Of a DNA stretch of 64,000 nucleotides, positions 1 to 7,804 are shown piece after piece (position 1 is the first letter of the stretch; every line of letters starts with the position of its first letter). The DNA is taken from the NCBI GenBank assembly GCA_039027815.1, contig JBCCJK010000003.1, positions 11,603-75,602 on the forward strand, in the 5' to 3' direction. Source of the DNA: Verrucomicrobiota bacterium (lineage in GTDB: Bacteria > Verrucomicrobiota > Verrucomicrobiia > Verrucomicrobiales > JBCCJK01). The position numbers were made by a program, and so were the translations under genes. The notes beneath the pieces were generated by a model that made no database searches, was not told the DNA's origin, and worked only from the letters and a program-made list of their open reading frames with translations.

Positions 1-159
1 GGCCGACTCGGTCCGGCTGCCAGCCTCGGCCTCGGCTTGGTCACGGTCTCGGTCGGGCTCTTGGCCGGACCTCTCTTCGAAATCGCCCAGCGGGCGGCCT
101 ACAATCTCCTAGAACCCACCGCTTACCTCGAAGCCGTGCTCGGCCCGCTCGTGCCATGA
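1..159 (+). CDS. mrpD: Mrp/Mnh cation:proton antiporter subunit D, C-terminal fragment (5' end outside window)
   Basis: Frame 1 is open from base 1 to TGA at 157-159. It has a hydrophobic tail (GLGLVTVSVGLLAGPLF) and an ATGA overlap with the next start. The subunit assignment comes from the canonical D-E-F-G gene order. Confidence 0.45.
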   Translation, partial: GRLGPAASLGLGLVTVSVGLLAGPLFEIAQRAAYNLLEPTAYLEAVLGPLVP

Positions 160-470
160 TCGCTCTCCTCGTCTTCCCCTTTTATTATCTCTGGGCGGTC
201 GTGAGCGGCTCCCTGCGGATCGCGCGCGACGTCCTCAGTCCCCACCCCCGCATCGCCCCCGTGCTGGTCAAGGTGCCCTTGTCTCTGCCCTCCTCCCGGC
301 AGCGACTTCTCTTGGCCTACCTCATCACGATGACGCCGGGCACCTTGTCGGTCGATGAGCGGGATGGCTGCCTCCTGATCCATTCGCTCTACGACGCCGA
401 GAACCCCCAGGACCTCGTCGATGAAATTCTGAAGCGCTACCAGCCAGTGGTCGCTCGCCTCCCGTTCTGA
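156..470 (+). CDS. mrpE: Mrp/Mnh antiporter subunit E
   Basis: ITMTPGTLSVD matches the MnhE ITLTPGT signature. At 104 aa it is shorter at the N-terminus than Bacillus MrpE. The upstream frame is Arg-rich and looks non-coding. Confidence 0.7.
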   Translation: MIALLVFPFYYLWAVVSGSLRIARDVLSPHPRIAPVLVKVPLSLPSSRQRLLLAYLITMTPGTLSVDERDGCLLIHSLYDAENPQDLVDEILKRYQPVVARLPF

Positions 471-476
471 CCCGCC

Positions 477-722
477 ATGTTGAACCTCGCCATCGTCCTT
501 CTCGCGATCTCGCTTGCGCTCAGCTTGGCGCGCCTGGCCACCGCTCGCCTGATGGCCGACCGCATCATCGCGCTCGATGTGGTCAGCTTCCAGCTCCTCG
601 GAATCGCCGTCCTGTTGGCCTTCTTCGATGAAAATCCGCTCGCGCTCCAGTTTGCCTTTGCCCTCTCGCTCTTGGGCTTCCTCGCCACCGTGCTCCTATC
701 CCAACTCCTCCGAAAATCATGA
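477..722 (+). CDS. mrpF: Mrp/Mnh antiporter subunit F
   Basis: 81-aa protein with three hydrophobic helices, positioned between subunits E and G. Confidence 0.7.
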   Translation: MLNLAIVLLAISLALSLARLATARLMADRIIALDVVSFQLLGIAVLLAFFDENPLALQFAFALSLLGFLATVLLSQLLRKS

Positions 723-1009
723 TCGCGGAAATCCTCCTCATCCTAGCCAGCGCCTTCTTTCTCGTGGCCTCTCTCGGGCTCTTTCGCCTGCCGGAGGGGC
801 TTCCGCGCTTGCACGCCGGCACCAAAGCCTCCTCCCTGGCGGTGCTCCTGCTGGTCATCGCCACCATCCTGCGCTTTCCCGAACCGGGCCCAGTCATCCT
901 GGCCCTCGCAAGCGGCTTGCTCGTCTTTGCCACCGCTCCACTCGCTTCCCACGCCATCGCCATTCATCTCACCAAGGGGAAAGCGGGGCAGAAAAATGAC
1001 AACACCTGA
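719..1009 (+). CDS. mrpG: Mrp/Mnh antiporter subunit G
   Basis: ATGA overlap with mrpF. MnhG-like N-terminus (FRLPEGLPRLHAGTKASSL) and three hydrophobic segments. Confidence 0.7.
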   Translation: MIAEILLILASAFFLVASLGLFRLPEGLPRLHAGTKASSLAVLLLVIATILRFPEPGPVILALASGLLVFATAPLASHAIAIHLTKGKAGQKNDNT

Positions 1010-1083
1010 CTCTTTTTTCGTGAATATAAAGACATCTATTTAGGTGGGTTCCGCTTGTGGGGGAGACCCAGGGCACTCCTCTT

Positions 1084-2139
1084 ATGCAACCCACCAAACT
1101 CGAAAAATACATCCGCGCGCTGGCCAGCTCCCCGGAGACCTCTTCTCCGGTCATCAGCGCTTTCTTTGATTTCACCCAGCCCGTCACCAAGCTGGAACGA
1201 GACTTCCATTCCTGGTGCAGCCTCACCCGGCACACGTTCAAGGCGGAAGCCCAGGTCGACTTCCTAGAAGCCGCCGAGGAGATCCGCTCCTGGCTTCACG
1301 CTCCCCACGCCGTGAGCGGGGCGGTTTTCTCTCGCTGGGGCGATCAACCCCTCTTCTTGCCGCTCGATTTCCACGTGCCTCTGGAGACCTCCTTCCATGC
1401 CGATGACTTCGCCATCATCTATCCACTGGTGGAGCTGCGTGATCGCTTCGACCGCTTTGTCGTTGTCCTCACCACCAATGAATTCGCTCGCATCGTGGAG
1501 GTCAATCTCGGGGAAACCTCCCTCGAAGTCCTCACCGACCGACCCGCCCTCCGTCAACGCCTCGGCCGGGAATGGACCCGGGAGCACTATGCCAATCATC
1601 GTCGCGACCGAGAACGCCTCTTCGTGAAAGAAAAAATCGAGGTCCTCGAGCGGCTGATGGCCAAACAAGGTCACAATGCCCTCCTCATCGCTGGCCAGCC
1701 CAACTGTGTGGCTCGCCTTCGCGATTCCTTGCCGCGAGCGCTCCGGGAGAAACTGGTCGATGAGATTGCGACCGGCTTCACCGATCAACGGGTGGGTGAA
1801 CTCATGGAAAAGGCTGTCGAAGCTTTCCTGGCCGCCGAGCGAGAGGAGTCGCAGGCCACCGTCAAGCGCCTCGACCAAGCCATCCGATCCGACGGCTTGG
1901 CCACCGTGGGTGTGGAAGCCACCAAACAGGCCTTGGAGCGCGCCCAGGCTGAGTGTCTCGTGCTCTCCAAAAACCTTCTCAGCGTGGATCGGGAAGCGCT
2001 GCTGCGCTTGGCCATACCCCAGCGCCTGCCGGTCGAGACAGTCGAAAACTCCCAGCTACTCGACCACCACGGAGGAGCGGGGGCCCTGCTTCGGTATCGC
2101 TGGGAGAACGTGCTCACTCCGGGAGAGGCCTTGCTCTGA
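1084..2139 (+). CDS. eRF1/Pelota-fold (bacterial baeRF-type) release-factor-like protein
   Basis: The layout resembles actinobacterial eRF1-like proteins: GREWTREHYANHRRD segment, ALLIAGQPNCVARLRDSLP and a C-terminal GLATVGVEATKQALERAQAECLVL eRF1-domain-3-like block. The ORF-track start at 1057 is GTG; the first ATG is 1084. Confidence 0.45.
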   Translation: MQPTKLEKYIRALASSPETSSPVISAFFDFTQPVTKLERDFHSWCSLTRHTFKAEAQVDFLEAAEEIRSWLHAPHAVSGAVFSRWGDQPLFLPLDFHVPLETSFHADDFAIIYPLVELRDRFDRFVVVLTTNEFARIVEVNLGETSLEVLTDRPALRQRLGREWTREHYANHRRDRERLFVKEKIEVLERLMAKQGHNALLIAGQPNCVARLRDSLPRALREKLVDEIATGFTDQRVGELMEKAVEAFLAAEREESQATVKRLDQAIRSDGLATVGVEATKQALERAQAECLVLSKNLLSVDREALLRLAIPQRLPVETVENSQLLDHHGGAGALLRYRWENVLTPGEALL

Positions 2140-2229
2140 CTACCGGGCCGAAGGAAGGGGTCGTCCTACCCGACAACTTCCCTTTGTTTCTTTTCGTATA
2201 GGTGCTATCGATTTCGTGACTTCCGTTTC

Positions 2230-2520
2230 ATGACCCCTCTCAAAATCGCGGCCCCCACCTGGACTTTCCTCACCAATCACACCCACATCTTGGTGGCCCT
2301 CTCCCGACAGCCAGACCTTCGGGTGCGGGATCTGGCGGAAGAAGTCGGCATCACGCAGCGGGCGGTGCAACGAATTTTGGCCGAGCTGATCGACGACGGG
2401 GTGCTCAAGGCGGAAAAGCACGGCCGCCGTAATCAATACCGCATCGACCATCGCAAAAAACTGCGCCACCCCCTGGAAGGCAAACGGACCGTGGGGGAAC
2501 TCCTCCACGTCCTGACTTAA
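2230..2520 (+). CDS. small winged-helix transcriptional regulator (MarR/ArsR-like)
   Basis: HTH segment VRDLAEEVGITQRAVQRILAELIDDGVL followed by a wing (KHGRRNQYRI). 96 aa. Confidence 0.6.
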   Translation: MTPLKIAAPTWTFLTNHTHILVALSRQPDLRVRDLAEEVGITQRAVQRILAELIDDGVLKAEKHGRRNQYRIDHRKKLRHPLEGKRTVGELLHVLT

Positions 2521-3033
2521 TCAGGCAGCGGGCTCGATGGCCTGCTCCAAACGCAATTTCGCGATCAGGTGAATCTGACGAAGCGCCTCCTCGACCTCGG
2601 CTTCACGGGAATTCTCCAAGCGCCTGCGAAACGCGTCCAAAATCCCGGCTTTCTCCACCAAAGCCACGCAGAGAATGAAGGGAAAGCCAAAACGCTCTCG
2701 GTAGCCTTGGTTCAAGCGCGTGAACTCCTGAAATTCGCTATCCTCCAAGCGATCCAAGCCGAGGCGCGATTGTTCCCGCGCGGAGTGCTCGCTCAGCTCC
2801 CGTTGCCGACCCAGCTTTCCTCCCAAATCGGGGTGGGCTTGGATCAATTCCAGCTTCTTTTCCGGGGGAGCTTGTTCTACCACCTCCCCCATGGCCGCCG
2901 CCAGCGCCCTCCGATTTGAGAAAGGCCGCCGGCCGACGACCGCTTCGGCGACCCAGGGGGAATGCTCATACATCCCCCCGAACTCGCGGACAAAGCACGC
3001 GCGATCCATTCGATTGATTTCACTCAGATCCAT
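2521..3033 (-). CDS. uraD: 2-oxo-4-hydroxy-4-carboxy-5-ureidoimidazoline (OHCU) decarboxylase
   Basis: MDLSEINRMDRACFVREFGGMYEHSPWVAE and LIQAHPDLGG are family hallmarks, and it is 170 aa. The rest of the 447-aa ORF in the track is antisense to uricase. An alternative start is Met9 at 3009. Confidence 0.85.
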   Translation of the reverse strand: MDLSEINRMDRACFVREFGGMYEHSPWVAEAVVGRRPFSNRRALAAAMGEVVEQAPPEKKLELIQAHPDLGGKLGRQRELSEHSAREQSRLGLDRLEDSEFQEFTRLNQGYRERFGFPFILCVALVEKAGILDAFRRRLENSREAEVEEALRQIHLIAKLRLEQAIEPAA

Positions 3034-3039
3034 GACGGA

Positions 3040-3894
3040 ATGAAGCACCAGCAAAGCAAACTGACAGCCAATCGCTACGGGAAACACAAAGTGCGCGTCC
3101 TGAAAGTGCTGCGGGAAGGCCAGGACCACCAAGTCTGTGAAATCGAAGCGGACATCCTCCTGGAAGGCGATCTCGAAGCCTCCTACCTCTCCTCCGACAA
3201 CAGCTCGATTGTCCCGACCGACACCGTCAAAAACACCGTGCACTTCTTGGCACACGACCACTTGGAGACCGGGCGGACGGCCTTCGCTGCCGTTCTCGGG
3301 AGGCACTTCCTCGAGAAATACCCGCACCTCAGCGGTCTCTCGGTCGAACTGCGGGAGCAGGTCTGGAACCCGATGCCCGTGAACGGAAAAGCGCATCCCC
3401 ACGCCTTCTTGGCAGAACGCAATGGCCAGCGTTTTACCACCGGACGCTTCACCCGGGACAGCCCCGCCAAATTGACGGCCGGCCTGCGCGATCACCTGCT
3501 CATGAAAACCACCGGATCGGGCTTTGTCGGCTACCACGAATGCGACTTGACCACCCTGCCACCGACCACCGACCGCCTCTTCGCCACCAAGATGGCCTGC
3601 GAATGGACCCTGGCCGAGGTCCGCGTCCCGGATGCGGAAACGGAAAAAAAGGTGCTGGAGGCGGCCTACGAAATTTTCGCCAGCACCTACAGTCCCTCCG
3701 TCCAGCGCACCCTCTTCCAAATCGGCGAAGCGGCTCTCCAGGCAGCCAGCGAGATCGAAGAGATTTCCCTCCGCCTGCCCAATGTGCACTACCTCAACTT
3801 GGACCTCAGCCGTCTCGGTCGCCCAGACCAGCGGCAAGTCTTTCTGCCGACTGATGAGCCGCACGGCCAGATCGAGGCCACCCTCACCCGATGA
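3040..3894 (+). CDS. uox: urate oxidase (cofactor-independent uricase)
   Basis: The N-terminal NRYGKHKVRVLKV is the uricase YGK..VR signature. A tunnelling-fold repeat layout is present, and the C-terminal region ends in PNVHYLNLDL. The start is chosen at the internal ATG 3040. Confidence 0.85.
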   Translation: MKHQQSKLTANRYGKHKVRVLKVLREGQDHQVCEIEADILLEGDLEASYLSSDNSSIVPTDTVKNTVHFLAHDHLETGRTAFAAVLGRHFLEKYPHLSGLSVELREQVWNPMPVNGKAHPHAFLAERNGQRFTTGRFTRDSPAKLTAGLRDHLLMKTTGSGFVGYHECDLTTLPPTTDRLFATKMACEWTLAEVRVPDAETEKKVLEAAYEIFASTYSPSVQRTLFQIGEAALQAASEIEEISLRLPNVHYLNLDLSRLGRPDQRQVFLPTDEPHGQIEATLTR

Positions 3895-4676
3895 ACTCGT
3901 CGGCGGTCTGGGAAGAGGTGTCCGCCCTCCAGCGGGCCGGGATCGACAGTGTGGTCATCACCCTGACCGCCGTGCGGGGGAGCACCCCCGGTTCTTTGGG
4001 GGGCAAGGCCGTGGTCAGCGCCGGAGGCTTGGTCGCAGGCAATCTCGGTGGCGGTCGCGTGGAAGCCAAAGCCATCGCGACCGCGCAGGCCATGCTGGAA
4101 AAGGGACAAGAGGAGCTGCTCTCTCAGCGCTGGCATCTGCAGCGCGATGTCGGGATGACTTGTGGGGGGGCCATGGAATTTCTCTTCGAGCCGGTCCGGG
4201 CTCACTCCACTTGGCATCTCCTCCTTTTCGGCGCTGGGCACGTCTCCCAGGCTCTCGCCCAAGTGCTCGCGACCCTGCCCTGCCAGGTGGAGGTCATCGA
4301 TGTGCGGGACGACTGGCTGGAAAAGCTTCCGGCCGCAGCCAACCTGACCCGAAGGAAGGTCGAACGCTTCCAAGACGGCGTCGCCTTCCTGCAAGCCCAC
4401 AGCTACCTTCTATCCATCACCCAAGGCCATGCCACGGACCGGCCCGTCCTCCGAGAGGCCCTTCGTCAGTTTCCCGACTTGCCCTTCGTAGGCGTCATCG
4501 GGAGCGCCTCCAAGCGCGCGGTCCTTCTGAGAGAGTTGGCTGAAGATGGGATCGCCGAAGAAACCCGCGAGGCCATCGTTTGCCCTCTCGGCCTGCCCCT
4601 CGGCGGAAATGATCCGGCCGAGATCGCCATCAGCATTTCAGCTCAGCTGCTGCAACGACGCGGCCACCAGGCCTGA
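3891..4676 (+). CDS. xdhC: XdhC/CoxI-family xanthine dehydrogenase maturation factor
   Basis: N-terminal XdhC_CoxI block (VVITLTAVRGSTPGSLGGK) plus a Rossmann block (LLLFGAGHVSQALAQVL). ATGA overlap with the uricase stop. Confidence 0.8.
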   Translation: MNSSAVWEEVSALQRAGIDSVVITLTAVRGSTPGSLGGKAVVSAGGLVAGNLGGGRVEAKAIATAQAMLEKGQEELLSQRWHLQRDVGMTCGGAMEFLFEPVRAHSTWHLLLFGAGHVSQALAQVLATLPCQVEVIDVRDDWLEKLPAAANLTRRKVERFQDGVAFLQAHSYLLSITQGHATDRPVLREALRQFPDLPFVGVIGSASKRAVLLRELAEDGIAEETREAIVCPLGLPLGGNDPAEIAISISAQLLQRRGHQA

Positions 4677-4721
4677 TCGGAAGCCCCGCAGAGAAACCAG
4701 CGGCCCGGGGGGCGTGGCCAG

Positions 4722-5159
4722 TCAGACGCCAATGTCTTCATTCCAAAGCTCTGGTTTGGCTTGGATGAAATCGGTCATGAGTTGGATGCAGGTGGGATCA
4801 TCTAAAACCTCCAGCTTGACGCCTTGGGATCGCACATACTCTTCGGGACCTTGGAAGGTGCGGTTTTCACCCACCACCACGTGGGGGATTTTGTAGAGCA
4901 AGGCCGCTCCCGAGCACATCGGGCAGGGAGAGAGCGTGGAGTAGAGCGTGCACTTTTCGTAGGTGGCGGCCGTCAACCGGCCCGCGTTTTCCAGGCAATT
5001 CATCTCCGCATGATGGATCACGCTGCCTGCTTGCACTCGCTGATTGTGTCCTCGGCCAATGATCTCCCCTTCGCAGACCAAGACCGAGCCGATGGGAATG
5101 CCCCCGCTCTCCAAGCCCTTGCGGGCCTCTTCAATGGCAGCTTGCAAAAAGAGATCCAT
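4722..5159 (-). CDS. CDA-fold zinc deaminase, yeast Fcy1-type cytosine deaminase-like
   Basis: HAEMNCLENAGR and PCPMCSGA zinc motifs. It appears colinear along its whole length with my recollection of S. cerevisiae Fcy1, including TLYSTLSPC and the C-terminal ELWNEDIGV (Fcy1 has DWFEDIGE). Confidence 0.75.
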   Translation of the reverse strand: MDLFLQAAIEEARKGLESGGIPIGSVLVCEGEIIGRGHNQRVQAGSVIHHAEMNCLENAGRLTAATYEKCTLYSTLSPCPMCSGAALLYKIPHVVVGENRTFQGPEEYVRSQGVKLEVLDDPTCIQLMTDFIQAKPELWNEDIGV

Positions 5160-5163
5160 CCGC

Positions 5164-6576
5164 TCACTCCGCTTTCGGTTCTTTCCATGCCAGGAGACCC
5201 CGTTCGGAGTCGGTTCCCGGGAGAGTGTTATCGAGCAAAAGGGCGATGAAGGCGCCGACCGACATCCCAGAAGAGCCGATGGTGGAAACCATGTCCCCTA
5301 GCCACTGCCAAGGACCTTCGATCAAAGCGCCTTCCCGGGCTTTGAAAAACTCGGGAAGCGACAAGCCCATAAAGAGAGAAAAGCCAATCACGAAGAGATT
5401 ACGGGTCGAGTTGAGGTCCACAAATTGGAGATTGCTGAGGCCGACCGAAGCGATCATGCCGAACATGACGCAATACATCCCCCCGACGACCGGGCGAGGC
5501 AGGGTCGAAAACAGGGCTCCAAATTGACCGGAAATGGCCAGCACCACCATGATGACCGCTCCGCATTGGACCACCCGGCGCGAGCCCACCCGGGTCAAGC
5601 CAATCGCGCCGATGTTCTCCGAGTAACTGGTGGTGCCATTGCCCGAACCAAAGATCCCGGCCAGGAGACAGCCGATTCCTTCAAAGCCAATCCCGCGATT
5701 CACCGTCCGGCTCGTAGGGAGGGGTGCCCCCGAGAGTCGGGCGCAGGCATAGTAATCGCCCACCGACTCGATGATCGAGGCCAAGTAGCCCGCCAACATC
5801 CCCACAAAGGCCGCGAGCGTGAACTGCGGCACGCCCCATTGGAACGGGTAAGGCACTTGCAAGACCGGAGCCTCGGCCACTTTGGAAAAATCGGTGAAGG
5901 CGGGATGGGTCGCCGGAAGGACCCCGGTCACGCTCAAAAGAATGCAGGTCAGCCAGGCGCCCGCAATTCCCAGGATGATGGGGTAGAGATCAAAGACCCG
6001 GTGTCGCCCGCGTAGAAATTGGCCAAAGAGAATCAGCAAACCAATCGTCAAGCCACCGATCGGCCAGTAAGCGCCGGCCCCTGCGGAGGTCGCGCCAAAT
6101 TGGAACAAGGCCAAGCCAATGAGCGCGATGGTGGGGGCGATCACCACCGGCGAGACCAAGCGCAAAAGACGCCCCACCACGCCCGTGAAACCGATCACGA
6201 TTTCCACCAAGGCTCCCGCGATGATGGCGCCTTGCACATGCTGCATCTTGACCGCGAACCCCGCCTCGGCCACGCCCGCCATCCCACAGATGGCAATGGT
6301 CGGCGCCAGAAAGGAAAAGGTGCCTCCTTGAATAATGGGGAGGCGATTGCCAAAGGTGCTCTGCAAGAGCGTGGAGATTCCCGAAACGAAAAAAATGGTG
6401 CCGATCAGCTGCCCGACCTGCGCGGGCGAGGCTCCCAAGGCGTCCGCCAGAATGAAAGGAATCGCCACCGTCGAACCAAACATCGTGAGGTAATGCTGGA
6501 AGCCGAGCGGGACGGCCTCGCGGAAGGGCGGTTTGTCCTCGATGCGGTAAAGTAGTTGGCTGGGCTTCGGTTCCAT
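5164..6576 (-). CDS. NCS2/SLC23-family nucleobase:cation symporter (xanthine/urate/uracil permease)
   Basis: 470-aa polytopic protein with GFQHYLTMFGSTVAIP and LPIIQGGTFSFLAP, which are typical of NCS2. Confidence 0.8.
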   Translation of the reverse strand: MEPKPSQLLYRIEDKPPFREAVPLGFQHYLTMFGSTVAIPFILADALGASPAQVGQLIGTIFFVSGISTLLQSTFGNRLPIIQGGTFSFLAPTIAICGMAGVAEAGFAVKMQHVQGAIIAGALVEIVIGFTGVVGRLLRLVSPVVIAPTIALIGLALFQFGATSAGAGAYWPIGGLTIGLLILFGQFLRGRHRVFDLYPIILGIAGAWLTCILLSVTGVLPATHPAFTDFSKVAEAPVLQVPYPFQWGVPQFTLAAFVGMLAGYLASIIESVGDYYACARLSGAPLPTSRTVNRGIGFEGIGCLLAGIFGSGNGTTSYSENIGAIGLTRVGSRRVVQCGAVIMVVLAISGQFGALFSTLPRPVVGGMYCVMFGMIASVGLSNLQFVDLNSTRNLFVIGFSLFMGLSLPEFFKAREGALIEGPWQWLGDMVSTIGSSGMSVGAFIALLLDNTLPGTDSERGLLAWKEPKAE

Positions 6577-6675
6577 GCGGTCGCGGCGGGGTGGAGGCGC
6601 GGCCGGGAGGCTTTCACTGGACTTGGCCTTGGAACGCGATCTGCTGCCTGATCTCCTTCACCACGCGCAAAAACC

Positions 6676-7800
6676 ATGCCGACCTTAGAGACCCACGTCA
6701 ACGGACTAACCCTGCCCAACCCTTTCGTCATCGGATCGGGCCCCCCTGGAACCAACCTCCGCGTCATCAATCGCGCCTTCAAGGATGGCTGGGGCGCGGT
6801 CATCGCCAAGACCATCAGTTTGGATGCTTCCAAGGTGGTCAACGTCGGCCCGCGTTACGCCAAATTGAAATCGGCGGATGGCAAGGAAGTCATTGGCTGG
6901 GAAAACATCGAACTCATCAGCGACCGGGGCTTCGACAAATGGCTCGATGAATTCAAAGCCTGCAAAGACGAATACCCGGACCGCGTCCTCATCGCTTCCG
7001 TCATGGAGGAATACCAGAAGGACAATTGGTATGAACTCATCGAGCGCTGCCAAGAAGCCGGCGTGGATGCCTTTGAGCTCAATTTCTCTTGCCCCCACGG
7101 CCTGCCCGAAAGAAAAATGGGCGCCGCCATGGGACAGGATCCTGAAATCCTCTCCGAGGTCTGCGGCTGGGTCAGCCAGGCCGCCAAGGTGCCGGTCTGG
7201 GCCAAGATGACGCCCAATGTGACCCACATCGAGGACCCCGCCCGCGCCTCCCTGGCCGCCGGCTGCGAGGGCGTCTCCGCCATCAACACCATTCGCTCCG
7301 TCATGGGCGTGGATTTGGAAACCCTCCGTCCCGAGCCCACGGTCGAGGGCTACACCACCCCCGGTGGCTACTCCAGCAAGGCCGTGAAACCGATTGCCCT
7401 CCGCATGGTCATGGAACTGGCGCAAATGATCCGCAGCGAATTCCCCGACCGGTCCCTCTCAGCCATCGGCGGAGTCGAAAGCGGAGCCGACGCCGCCCAA
7501 TTCATCTTGCTAGGGGCCGACACCGTCCAAGTCTGCACCGGCGTCATGAAATTTGGCTACAAGTGCGTGCAGAAAATGAATGAAGAACTGCTCGCCTTCA
7601 TGGAAGCCAAGGGCTTTGAAACGCTCGCCGAATTCAAAGGGCATAGCCTCGACTACTTCACGACCCACGCCGAGCTGGTTCGCAGGCAAACCGAACGCAA
7701 GGCCAAGGAAAAAGCCGAGAAAGAAGGCATCGTGGTCGCCGATGGCCAATGGGACGGAGACGACTTTGTGAAGCAGTCCGACGCCCTCGCGCGGAACTGA
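6676..7800 (+). CDS. preA: dihydropyrimidine dehydrogenase FMN/pyrimidine-binding protein (PreA / DPD domain IV-like) without an Fe-S domain
   Basis: ELNFSCPHGLPERKMGAAMGQDPE aligns with mammalian DPD ELNLSCPHGMGERGMG, including the catalytic Cys. The C-terminal 60 aa contain no cysteine. Confidence 0.7.
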   Translation: MPTLETHVNGLTLPNPFVIGSGPPGTNLRVINRAFKDGWGAVIAKTISLDASKVVNVGPRYAKLKSADGKEVIGWENIELISDRGFDKWLDEFKACKDEYPDRVLIASVMEEYQKDNWYELIERCQEAGVDAFELNFSCPHGLPERKMGAAMGQDPEILSEVCGWVSQAAKVPVWAKMTPNVTHIEDPARASLAAGCEGVSAINTIRSVMGVDLETLRPEPTVEGYTTPGGYSSKAVKPIALRMVMELAQMIRSEFPDRSLSAIGGVESGADAAQFILLGADTVQVCTGVMKFGYKCVQKMNEELLAFMEAKGFETLAEFKGHSLDYFTTHAELVRRQTERKAKEKAEKEGIVVADGQWDGDDFVKQSDALARN

Positions 7801-7804
7801 CACC

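Noticed and set aside
1057-1083. GTG start at 1057 for the eRF1-like gene, TTG start at 45400 for the dioxygenase-esterase gene, and upstream starts listed in the track for the ORFs at 9160, 22850, 35494, 47645, 52367, 55967 and 61270.
   Set aside because: Each upstream extension overlaps the preceding gene, a repeat or an operator, and shows no family similarity. Internal ATG codons, or the TTG for lysC, give canonical N-termini.
2521-3864. 447-aa minus-strand ORF spanning the whole uricase gene.
   Set aside because: Only its C-terminal 170 codons (2521-3033) resemble a known family, OHCU decarboxylase. The rest is the antisense shadow of the well-supported uricase ORF, with Gly/Val/Glu/Ala-rich low-complexity composition.
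4677-4721. Possible bidirectional terminator between the convergent xdhC and cytosine-deaminase genes (GCCCCG...CGGGGGGC), and similar short hairpins after lysC (GACCC-TGA-GGGTC) and after the 33351 ORF (CCCCC-TGA-GGGGG).
   Set aside because: The stems are only 5-6 bp with no following T-tract. This is insufficient to call intrinsic terminators.
6577-6675. Possible purine riboswitch or shared operator in the divergent NCS2/preA intergenic region and upstream of add and guaD.
   Set aside because: I could not find the conserved purine-riboswitch junction sequences or a convincing shared palindrome. A motif search over all cluster promoters would be needed.
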